Shown: one piece after another, positions 1 to 7,106 of the stretch | How the letters are laid out: each line of letters begins with the position of its first letter | Position numbering within the stretch: position 1 is the first letter of the stretch | IMG/VR virus record: IMGVR_UViG_3300031862_000640 | Strand: one strand, 5' to 3' | DNA from: an uncultured virus (IMG/VR IMGVR_UViG_3300031862_000640) | Lineage: Duplodnaviria > Heunggongvirae > Uroviricota > Caudoviricetes | DNA: 20,000 nt | Program-made: the position numbers and the translations under genes | Notes under the pieces: model-generated | The model's database searches: none | Seen by the model: only the letters and a program-made list of their open reading frames with translations | What the model was told of the DNA's origin: nothing

Positions 1-125
1 TAGCTTCAGTGCATCGTTCGCAGATAATGGAAATGAGGCGGTCGAAGGATACAGGTAATGTTTTTGTAAGGTTCAAAGATTCACATGGAAAAGAATTAAT
101 CGGCTTGCTTAGAGGAGACTTGTGA
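1..125 (+). CDS. 3' end of hypothetical protein (partial, starts before window)
   Basis: Frame open from position 3 (ASVHRSQIMEMRRSKDTGNVFVRFKDSHGKELIGLLRGDL) to TGA 123-125; next ORF starts at 127. Confidence 0.55.
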   Translation, partial: ASVHRSQIMEMRRSKDTGNVFVRFKDSHGKELIGLLRGDL

Positions 126-126
126 A

Positions 127-249
127 ATGAAATGCGGTGGCGACGTAGTTCCAGTCGCGGCTTGGATTCGCGGACGCCAAACGTATCAATGCCAAAAATG
201 CGGGCAAGCCTACTATCATTACAGGAAAAAATGCAATAGAGAAGTGTGA
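127..249 (+). CDS. small Cys-rich (Zn-ribbon-like) hypothetical protein, 40 aa
   Basis: MKCGGDVVPVAAWIRGRQTYQCQKCGQAYYHYRKKCNREV; GAGGAG upstream; stop overlaps next start (GTGA). Confidence 0.45.
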   Translation: MKCGGDVVPVAAWIRGRQTYQCQKCGQAYYHYRKKCNREV

Positions 250-503
250 AGGCGTTGGCACAACATAAAGAAACTCTTGAAAAGATTCTGGAGCTGCTGA
301 AAAAGCAGTATCCTACAGACAAAATAATTTTCCAAGGATTGCAGTATTTTGACGACAGGAAGCCACTGGTAGTTGTCATAACCATTCACCATGACGACCA
401 TGATAATGCCGACCGTCTGAGACAATATTCTCTCTACACCACGATAAAACAAGAACAGATCCTGATCCCAAAAATCGTAGCTATGGAATTTGAGGCGAAA
501 TAA
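246..503 (+). CDS. hypothetical protein
   Basis: 85-aa ORF coupled to neighbours (GTGA and TAATG overlaps). Confidence 0.65.
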   Translation: MKALAQHKETLEKILELLKKQYPTDKIIFQGLQYFDDRKPLVVVITIHHDDHDNADRLRQYSLYTTIKQEQILIPKIVAMEFEAK

Positions 504-934
504 TGCAATGTCCTGACTGCGGAACGGAAATGTGGCAAACTGGCTGGGGAACAAGCGAAGCATATACTTGTCCGAAGTGCAGTTGCTACATAGAAATTCA
601 TCATCGACAAAAGGCGCAGGCAAAAAGCGCTGAAGAAGAACCATACTGCATTTGTTGCGGCAAGCTGATGAGCTACATACGTGCAAAGTTGGAGAGAAAG
701 AAGTTTGTTGACGGCAAACGGTTCTGGAAAGGACACTTCCAATACCAAAGCCATCCAAAGGACATCTATGACAGAAACTTCGTCAAACATTGCGAGCATT
801 GTGGACACAGACTATTAGATGGCGACGTACATACTGTCAGCGAGTTTATGGGAATGTATGGTTCAGCAAGAGCCAACCAGACAATTCTGACAGGCTACAA
901 GTGTAGCAAGTGTGGTTTTGAAACAGAATTTTAG
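503..934 (+). CDS. multi-Zn-ribbon protein
   Basis: Five CxxC pairs (CPDC, CPKC, CICC, CEHC, CSKC); TAATG coupling. Confidence 0.75.
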   Translation: MQCPDCGTEMWQTGWGTSEAYTCPKCSCYIEIHHRQKAQAKSAEEEPYCICCGKLMSYIRAKLERKKFVDGKRFWKGHFQYQSHPKDIYDRNFVKHCEHCGHRLLDGDVHTVSEFMGMYGSARANQTILTGYKCSKCGFETEF

Positions 935-946
935 GAGGTTGATATT

Positions 947-1321
947 ATGGGAGGAGAAATGTGTTTAGCAGGTTTTGAGAAACCTGAAAAGATGAGCATG
1001 GCAGACTTCAAAGCAAAACTATTAGCCAATGTTGAAGCGCTGACGCTTGAAGCCGACATGGATGCTATCGAAAGCTTCTTCGAAAATCTGTCGGGAGACA
1101 TCCCCGAAATCATAGACATCGAACAGGTCAAAAAACAATTCAGAGAAATCATTGAGGAAACAATAAAGCATTCAGAATATCGTGACGTAACCATCTACCA
1201 TCACAAAGGTGTCGACATTTACCTTTCAGGCGGAATGTCGTGGGGCGACGGACCGACAGACAGTTACGATGTCTTTGAACAGTTCCAGTACCTACCCGAA
1301 AAAGTTACGGTGATGGAATAA
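947..1321 (+). CDS. acidic hypothetical protein
   Basis: 124 aa; strong AGGAGGT RBS; TAATG coupling to the ligase. Confidence 0.75.
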   Translation: MGGEMCLAGFEKPEKMSMADFKAKLLANVEALTLEADMDAIESFFENLSGDIPEIIDIEQVKKQFREIIEETIKHSEYRDVTIYHHKGVDIYLSGGMSWGDGPTDSYDVFEQFQYLPEKVTVME

Positions 1322-2475
1322 TGGTTAAGACATCAAACAAAGACGCAGAAGTAATGAAGCTAAAGCCTGACATGGTGCTCGTGCCAAGCCCACAATCGAA
1401 GTATTGGGCTCGGTCGAACGAATTACAACTGAACGAAAACTCGCTTGCCATCGCGAAAGCGGATGGTGAGTTCAATTTACTGGTGTATTCAAACGGTGTA
1501 GCAACTACGCGAAACAAATATGGCAGATGTGAAGACAGCAACAATGTTCCAGCATTACAGGAATTGGCGCAACTACTTAAGAAACGGGTGTCGTCGCTGA
1601 AATCTGCTAAATTTCTCGTAGAGATGTATGCTAAGGACAAGAATGGCAAACCGTTAAAGGTCAGCGACTTCATCCATTACTTGAAGGGCAAAGACCACAA
1701 AGATAAATATTGCAAGTATAAGCTCTGCTACGGAATGTCAGTTAAAGCAGTGCACGGTTTAATTTGTCTTGGACTGTTTGATCTGGTTGAAGTAGACGGC
1801 AAGAAGATCAACATTGACTGGGACTGGAAACTAAATGAAATGGATAGCATGATTAATGGCGGATCAGTTCGGGTGCATGTTTTACCGTTTATGCATGTCA
1901 AAACCAAGAAGGATGTTGAGAGGGCGTGGCAAGAATATAAACTTCGCAGAGGCTATGAAGGGCTTGTGGTTCACACGGATGGCGTAACCTCAAAATTGAA
2001 GCCTGAAATCGAATTGGACGCGGTAATAGTGGCAGTGCAGAAGAATGACGGATACCGAAAGAAATCGGTGACAAGCGTAAGATGTGCATTGATGACTGGT
2101 CCGAACACATTCCTGGAAATCGGCGATGTGTCATCGGGCATAACCCATGCGTTGCGAGCGGAGTTGTGGAAATTCAAGACTGAGTTTCTTCTGGATGAGA
2201 ACAGCAAGTTTGCTTATGTTCATCCGTTGGTAGTGATTAAACTTCGAGTCAATGGCCTGTATTGCCATCAGATGCCAAAATGGAAACTGGTCAACGGCAA
2301 ACGAGTAGACCTTGGCTCGGCAGACTCGATAACCATGCGCCATCCGACACTTGAAGAAATCCGAGAAGACAAGCGCCCGTCGGTCAAGGAAACGGGACTT
2401 TTGCAGGTGCCTAAAATAGTTCCGAATGGCTTTCATCTTGATGAAAAAGATGTGGATGTGAAAAGACATTTCTGA
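1321..2475 (+). CDS. lig: ATP-dependent DNA ligase, minimal (adenylation + OB domains)
   Basis: Motif I AKADGE (KxDG), IIIa LFDL, IV EGLVV, V KLKP followed by ELDAVIV, GDVSSG, and VI MRHP...IREDK; no N-terminal DNA-binding domain. Confidence 0.88.
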   Translation: MVKTSNKDAEVMKLKPDMVLVPSPQSKYWARSNELQLNENSLAIAKADGEFNLLVYSNGVATTRNKYGRCEDSNNVPALQELAQLLKKRVSSLKSAKFLVEMYAKDKNGKPLKVSDFIHYLKGKDHKDKYCKYKLCYGMSVKAVHGLICLGLFDLVEVDGKKINIDWDWKLNEMDSMINGGSVRVHVLPFMHVKTKKDVERAWQEYKLRRGYEGLVVHTDGVTSKLKPEIELDAVIVAVQKNDGYRKKSVTSVRCALMTGPNTFLEIGDVSSGITHALRAELWKFKTEFLLDENSKFAYVHPLVVIKLRVNGLYCHQMPKWKLVNGKRVDLGSADSITMRHPTLEEIREDKRPSVKETGLLQVPKIVPNGFHLDEKDVDVKRHF

Positions 2476-3103
2476 AAGAGGATGGAGAGCAATTCGTTGT
2501 GAACAGTGCCAAACCAAATATCGAAACGGGTATAGGCGTGAACAGTATCGGCGAGACCCACAAAGGTTTCGTGACTACGTTAAGAAAAACATCGACCAAC
2601 TTGGTAAAGAAGGCAGGAGACAGCGCCATAAAAAGGATTGGGAAAAATATCATGTAAGACGTCGGGCGCACGCCAAACAATATTATGAAGATGTTTTCTT
2701 GAAGCAACGAGCAGAGTGGGGATTTAGCAACAAAGAAGTAGCTGAAAAAGCTGAAAGAATAGCGATTCCAATTCTTGAAGAAAAAGGATTCAGCGACTTG
2801 TGGAAGGTGAACCGAGCTTTTCCTTTTGACGTAATAGCGAAGAAGGATGGAGACATTTACTTCATTGAAGTTACATCTTGCTATAAAAAAATGATTAAGT
2901 CGCATCAACAGAAACTTGCAAGCTATTTAGGTATTCAAATGCTTGTTCTTTTTATAAAGCCAGACTTGACGCAGTACAAATTAGTCTCGCCCGTAACTCG
3001 CAATGTGTGCGTCTTCTCAAAGTTTCAGCCAGAAGGAACGACAAAAACTCCATCGTTAATATACGAAAAATACATACAAGAACGGATAGTGACAGAGCCT
3101 TGA
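2462..3103 (+). CDS. PD-(D/E)XK-fold endonuclease with N-terminal CxxC and basic helical region (start uncertain)
   Basis: Frame open from 2462 (KDISERGWRAIRCEQCQTKYRNGYRREQYRR...); first canonical start is TTG 2699; core EKAERIA...FPFDVIAKKDGDIYFIEVTS (Thr in place of the usual Lys). Confidence 0.7.
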   Translation, partial: KDISERGWRAIRCEQCQTKYRNGYRREQYRRDPQRFRDYVKKNIDQLGKEGRRQRHKKDWEKYHVRRRAHAKQYYEDVFLKQRAEWGFSNKEVAEKAERIAIPILEEKGFSDLWKVNRAFPFDVIAKKDGDIYFIEVTSCYKKMIKSHQQKLASYLGIQMLVLFIKPDLTQYKLVSPVTRNVCVFSKFQPEGTTKTPSLIYEKYIQERIVTEP

Positions 3104-3129
3104 TTCCACATCGAGGAAGAAATCTACAA

Positions 3130-3204
3130 GAGATAGGCTTAAACCAAATCCCCAAGATAGTTCCGAGCGGCAATAATCTTAATGAGAAAGACATAGACAT
3201 ATAG
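3130..3204 (+). pseudogene. orphan duplicate of the ligase 3' end
   Basis: EIGLNQIPKIVPSGNNLNEKDIDI matches ligase ETGLLQVPKIVPNGFHLDEKDVDV (2389-2460) at 15/24 aa. Confidence 0.8.
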
Positions 3205-3288
3205 ATGTTCGTCGGACGAACATTTTTAAAGAAGAAACCAATAAGAAATAACTGTGGTTTCTGGCAAGGAGAGACAAAAACGAAAAAA

Positions 3289-3510
3289 ATGCCAAGATTG
3301 ATTTATTGTCTTCGATGCAAGATACTTTACAAGGTGTTTCCGCAAATAGGAGCAATGAAAGTAAGAAATAATGTCTTAAGGCTTCAAATAATCGTTGAAA
3401 AAGTGAAGTTGCGATATAGACGATGGCAATGTAACAGGCTTCTTTATCGGTTTTTGGAAGTTGAAGGAAAGAAAATACCCAAACTTGTTAGCGGAGCTGA
3501 CGTTGAGTGA
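3289..3510 (+). CDS. basic hypothetical protein
   Basis: ATG 3289 downstream of AGGAGAG; stop overlaps next start (GTGA). Confidence 0.5.
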   Translation: MPRLIYCLRCKILYKVFPQIGAMKVRNNVLRLQIIVEKVKLRYRRWQCNRLLYRFLEVEGKKIPKLVSGADVE

Positions 3511-4010
3511 GCGCATACAATTTTCCTGAGAGCCTGCAGACAGGTAACAACCTCTCAAAAAGAGCCCTTGAACCGCCACACAGAAGACTACTTGAGGAAA
3601 CCCTCAAACTCTTAGCGCACAAGTACCATTACCTCACGATTTCACCAGTCCGTGATTCAGTTGGCACATTCGCATATCTCGTGCGCGACCCACACAACCA
3701 AAGAGCCTACCTCATAGCAAAAGCAAGCCGCATATGGCAGGACACAATAAGCTGCCAAGCATTCTTCCCTAATCGACTACAAACCGAGAAACGACCCCTA
3801 ATGCTCGCACTCTACAACGAAGACACAAACGAAACTAAATTCTATCTATTCGACCCAACAGCCATCATCAAATTTGTCAAAGCCAACCCAAACTTCGGAT
3901 ACGACCCGAGATTTGATGTTCAAATGGTGAACTTTAGCATGAACCTCGCCCACGCATTTGACCCAAGCACAAGCTTGGAAGAAGCATGGAACCAAATAAA
4001 ATCTCAATGA
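3507..4010 (+). CDS. hypothetical protein with atypical C-rich/G-poor composition
   Basis: 167-aa ORF with coupled start; alpha/beta pattern; no confident family. Confidence 0.7.
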   Translation: MSAYNFPESLQTGNNLSKRALEPPHRRLLEETLKLLAHKYHYLTISPVRDSVGTFAYLVRDPHNQRAYLIAKASRIWQDTISCQAFFPNRLQTEKRPLMLALYNEDTNETKFYLFDPTAIIKFVKANPNFGYDPRFDVQMVNFSMNLAHAFDPSTSLEEAWNQIKSQ

Positions 4011-4128
4011 GATTTGAGAACATATGTTCGCCGAAATGACGAAGTTGACTGCGATTAAGGGCGTAGTTTGTTGCTTGGACTATGTGCCAAGCAAGTCAAG
4101 AAAATAATTGGTGAAGGTGATTTGTAGA

Positions 4129-4568
4129 ATGAAGTTGTTTGAACCGAACGAGTTTGTAGAGAACTCGGCAAGAATGGAGAGTGAAGAAGTTTGGCCGGAA
4201 TAATAGCGTTTCTCGACCAAAATTCCGTCACTGGCGGTAAACTGGTGTTGTTTTGTTTTGACGATGAGACATGCGAAGAGGTTGAAGCTGAACTCGAGAA
4301 CTCAGATAAATCTAATATCACAGACATCTACAAGCGATTACGCAAGGAAAGTGGGCATTGTATCTTTGCTGAGATAACCCTTGACTCAATTTGGAACGTA
4401 GCGATGAAAGGTAAGATGAGACATGAGGAATTAAAGATGGCTATCAATGAGTCGAATTTGACCGAGGAATCAAAAGAAATGTTGAAAACAATTTTATCAG
4501 ACTTCGCAGGTGAAACTTGGCGGAGAAGAAAACGGTGGAATCTTTTACGGCCCCCATCAATCTGTTAG
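4129..4568 (+). pseudogene. probably disrupted hypothetical gene (frameshift near 4190; 3' end overwritten by a glmM-like fragment)
   Basis: ATG 4129 with GGTGA RBS reads MKLFEPNEFVENSARMESEE then stops at 4203; the main ORF continues in another frame from 4191; sequence after ...SDFAGE reads the inserted fragment out of frame. Confidence 0.45.
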
Positions 4569-4596
4569 GGATGGAGCAATGGCAACAGCCTTAATC
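4513..4596 (+). other. glmM: 84-bp fragment of a cellular phosphoglucosamine/phosphomannomutase gene
   Basis: Translates KLGGEENGGIFYGPHQSVRDGAMATALI, the sugar-binding GGEENGG loop plus RDG motif of archaeal alpha-D-phosphohexomutases; no flanking homology visible. Confidence 0.85.
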
Positions 4597-4621
4597 CGAC
4601 ATCTAAGGAGAAGGGAAAAAC

Positions 4622-4849
4622 ATGGCAAGACCGCAAGAGGAACATACGAGCAACTTTTCGTTGATAAAGGAAGAAGGGCGAGTCCCCGAACCTTTCAAGG
4701 CTACCCTCATAGATGCGAGAACCAAAAAAGAAGCGGAAACTCTATTTCGAAAAGAGCATAGCGAAAAAGAAGCACAGATAGATGAGATTCAAGTGAACAT
4801 GTTCTGTGCGATGGTGATTTGGCACTCCCCTAAGACTCCAACAGTCTGA
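4622..4849 (+). CDS. hypothetical protein
   Basis: 75 aa; purine-rich RBS region upstream. Confidence 0.6.
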   Translation: MARPQEEHTSNFSLIKEEGRVPEPFKATLIDARTKKEAETLFRKEHSEKEAQIDEIQVNMFCAMVIWHSPKTPTV

Positions 4850-4854
4850 AGATA

Positions 4855-5058
4855 GTGAAAACTATGGACGAGACTGAGGAACATTTGAGAAACCGTCTAA
4901 AAGAACACGGTTACAAATTGATTAAAATTACTCACTTCAAAAGGTTTGACCGTGTGACCTTTGGCAACAGAAAAGTCAAAATAAGCATTAATTTAAGGGG
5001 AAAGCTAAGCGAACTTGCTTTTGAAACCCTGGTCGAAGCTTGCGTAGGAAGGAGGTGA
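4855..5058 (+). CDS. small basic hypothetical protein
   Basis: 67 aa, tightly packed in the operon. Confidence 0.6.
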   Translation: MKTMDETEEHLRNRLKEHGYKLIKITHFKRFDRVTFGNRKVKISINLRGKLSELAFETLVEACVGRR

Positions 5059-5062
5059 AAAA

Positions 5063-5614
5063 ATGGTAAGAGAAGATACATTCCCACGATATGACGTTCA
5101 GGAATACGGACAATTAATCATGGACACAATCGCTAAGGCTTTAGCAGCTTTGAAGGAGTTAGGAGTCACTCATGCAGTATATTGGTCATTTCCATGGGCA
5201 CTACCTAAGAGAGATGACTACATCACACGCATAGAGGTTCCAGTTGACCAGTTTCCTTACAAGAGCACAGGTGTCGATGTGCGCGTAGATAATGTCGACA
5301 AGTTTGATTTGACTCTACGCATTGCCGAAGACAAGGCTGTTCTTGAGGCAGAGATGACAATTAACGAATTATTGACGCCACAATACCAAGGAATCCTTGA
5401 CGCATTGTCTGCTGATGCAGTGCTTAAACTGGTTAATTCGCTTGAAAAATGGGTCAATGACCGTCATAAGAGTATTCAGGATAGCTACCAAAAGGATCCC
5501 GCGAGGATGAGATGGTATCTTACCGAACCTGACCTCTTGTGGAGAAAGCAGATGTGCAAAGAGCTACATAGCGTTCTTGTGAGGAAATCAGAAGCTCTAT
5601 CAGAGGAGACATGA
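5063..5614 (+). CDS. hypothetical protein
   Basis: 183 aa; GGAGGTGA RBS; ATGA overlap with next gene. Confidence 0.75.
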   Translation: MVREDTFPRYDVQEYGQLIMDTIAKALAALKELGVTHAVYWSFPWALPKRDDYITRIEVPVDQFPYKSTGVDVRVDNVDKFDLTLRIAEDKAVLEAEMTINELLTPQYQGILDALSADAVLKLVNSLEKWVNDRHKSIQDSYQKDPARMRWYLTEPDLLWRKQMCKELHSVLVRKSEALSEET

Positions 5615-5808
5615 AAATGAGAGCTATTGTGACAGTCAGGTTGCCCAGAAATCCCAAACATAATCCACACCACAAACAAACAGGTGTCTGTCCACTTTCC
5701 ATGGTTGTGAAAGGAGTGACTCAATGCACAGACATCACAGGAGAACATCATAGCTACATTGAGGAAGGAGAGGACTTGACAGAGATAGAGACGAAAGCAA
5801 GAGAATAG
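5611..5808 (+). CDS. small His/Cys-containing hypothetical protein
   Basis: 65 aa; GAGGAG RBS; HNPHH, CPL, CTD, HHS potential metal ligands; last gene before the intergenic region. Confidence 0.65.
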   Translation: MKMRAIVTVRLPRNPKHNPHHKQTGVCPLSMVVKGVTQCTDITGEHHSYIEEGEDLTEIETKARE

Positions 5809-5903
5809 AGCTAATAGTGATTACTGTTGGATAATTTCCTCCTACGGTAATCATCTTATGGAGAGTCCAAATGGATTTAACGTCACGCTGGACACACCAA
5901 AAT

Positions 5904-5931
5904 TGTTGTGATGTTTATATAGGACACAACA
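5904..5931 (+). promoter_or_regulatory. archaeal TATA box flanked by an inverted-repeat operator
   Basis: TGTTGTG (5904-5910) and CACAACA (5925-5931) form a perfect 7-bp inverted repeat around TTTATATA (5914-5921), ~40 nt upstream of the wHTH gene. Confidence 0.7.
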
Positions 5932-5962
5932 TTGCGGAATGCTGTGGGATGCGAATAACACT

Positions 5963-6283
5963 ATGGTAATCAGGAGGAAATCATACAGGGCTAAATTTCA
6001 AGTCACTGCAAGCGTATTAGAATACTGTAACATGGTCGCTAGGAAATCTACAAGTATACAACTTAAATGCGGTCTTGGCAACCAGTATTTTGACTTGTTG
6101 ACGGAACTGGCTACACAGAATCTAATAAGCAAACGTCAAATTGGTGCACGGTTTGAATATATAACAACACCACTTGGCAGAGAATGGCTTCATCACTATT
6201 ACGCTCTTATGAGGTTGCAAGGAGAGGGCGACTATGGTAATGTCTTCAGTAGCGTAGCAGGGCAAGGCCTGAAACGAGTTTAG
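5963..6283 (+). CDS. winged helix-turn-helix transcriptional regulator (archaeal COG3432/HTH_45-like)
   Basis: R..FQVTASVLEYC...STSIQLKCGL...LLTELATQNLI...EYITTPLGREWL matches the family pattern (YxxTxxGxxxL wing); alternative ATG at 5939. Confidence 0.8.
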   Translation: MVIRRKSYRAKFQVTASVLEYCNMVARKSTSIQLKCGLGNQYFDLLTELATQNLISKRQIGARFEYITTPLGREWLHHYYALMRLQGEGDYGNVFSSVAGQGLKRV

Positions 6284-6286
6284 TTA

Positions 6287-6382
6287 TGGAGAACCGCTAA
6301 CAGGAGTACGAAACCATTGGGCGGTAGGCTTGTTAGCGTACTCGCTTATCTCGCAGGATAAACTTGCCCGAGCGCTTTTCTA
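6287..6382 (+). ncRNA. putative structured RNA of unknown class
   Basis: Multiple helices that need G-U pairs on the + strand: 6295-6304/6329-6338, 6304-6310/6337-6343, 6346-6350/6357-6361, 6317-6324/6364-6371, 6287-6293/6376-6382. Confidence 0.5.
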
Positions 6383-6393
6383 CAAAAAACCGA

Positions 6394-6448
6394 GCCTGCA
6401 TTAGCCAGTTACCTCCATGTGGTGCAGGCGGATAACGCTAAAACTGGC
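6394..6448 (+). ncRNA. minimal HDV-like (theta-type) self-cleaving ribozyme
   Basis: P1 GCCUGC 6394-6399/GCAGGC 6424-6429; P2 GCCAGUU 6404-6410/AACUGGC 6442-6448; P3 ACC/GGU closing L3 UCCAUGU; P1.1 CC 6415-6416/GG 6430-6431; J4/2 GCUAA with candidate catalytic C6438; no P4. Confidence 0.85.
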
Positions 6449-6486
6449 CAAGTTTGAAGAGCAATAAAAAAGAGGAGATGGTTTGA

Positions 6487-6837
6487 ATGAGCAAAAACCA
6501 TAAGCCTAAAAAGGCTTCCAGTAAGAAGAATAAAAAAGTAGAGAAGAAGCCAGTCCATGTCTGCGGCGCCATCAATGGAGTCATGGGTAAAGGAGCGTTT
6601 TCGAAAGAAGGCGACAAATTCCGCTGCGTAGAATGCGGGAAAGTACACGACAAGATTCCAGAAGGATACATGGCAGCACTTAAGAAACTAAGTCCAAAGA
6701 AAGCGGCCTTGCTTGAAAAGGGTGCGAAGAAAAACAAAGATGCGGCAAAGAACCCGATTATGGTCGAGGCTGGGAAGAAGTCATGGAAAACACGAAGAGA
6801 GAACGAGGCAGCCAAGAACAAGAAGCAGAAAAAGTAA
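6487..6837 (+). CDS. very basic protein with Cys/His Zn-ribbon
   Basis: Lys-rich; HVC...CVECGKVH; C-terminal EAGKKSWKTRREN motif; GAGGAG RBS. Confidence 0.75.
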   Translation: MSKNHKPKKASSKKNKKVEKKPVHVCGAINGVMGKGAFSKEGDKFRCVECGKVHDKIPEGYMAALKKLSPKKAALLEKGAKKNKDAAKNPIMVEAGKKSWKTRRENEAAKNKKQKK

Positions 6838-7106
6838 GGGCAATTCTCACACAGCAAAACTGTTTGACATGTGCTAAGAACTGTAAAGGTTTCTGTTCTG
6901 GCGTGCACAAACGACTTGACCCGAAAGACATTGCTGTAGGAAAGATGAAATGTGACGGAGAAAAACATGAACCAATCCTCACAAGAGCCCAAGTCGAAGA
7001 CATCACCAACATCTGGACTTACTCCATGGTTCCCCGAACCGACGAGGGAGAAGACCATGAACAACCAAGCCGTATGCTTACCGACCAAAGCCACCTTGAC
7101 CTCTGA
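6783..7106 (+). CDS. Cys-rich hypothetical protein (start uncertain)
   Basis: CLTCAKNCKGFC...KCDG fills the gap after 6837; overlaps both neighbours. Confidence 0.45.
   Translation: MENTKRERGSQEQEAEKVRAILTQQNCLTCAKNCKGFCSGVHKRLDPKDIAVGKMKCDGEKHEPILTRAQVEDITNIWTYSMVPRTDEGEDHEQPSRMLTDQSHLDL

Noticed and set aside
2389..3204. Ligase tail duplication as a DGR variable/template repeat pair (several AAY codons in the downstream copy)
   Set aside because: Many mismatches are at non-adenine synonymous positions (ccc/cct, gac/gat, ggc/gga), and there is no reverse transcriptase in the window
4510..4761. 83-aa ORF as a functional phosphohexomutase
   Set aside because: Only 28 codons match the enzyme; the rest overlaps ORF 4622-4849 out of frame
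5806..5870. UAG + 8-nt spacer + pseudoknot resembling a retroviral readthrough signal
   Set aside because: In-frame TAA TAG TGA follow one codon later, so readthrough would add nothing
5817..5870. Second HDV-like ribozyme
   Set aside because: P3 does not pair properly, and there is no GG for P1.1 or a J4/2 motif
6304..6343. Hammerhead-like GAGUAC-GAAA-CC...GG-UA...GUACUC
   Set aside because: No CUGANGA core and no room for stem I
6284..6393. tRNA upstream of the ribozyme, as in theta-ribozyme loci
   Set aside because: No T-loop GTTCRA, D-loop or cloverleaf
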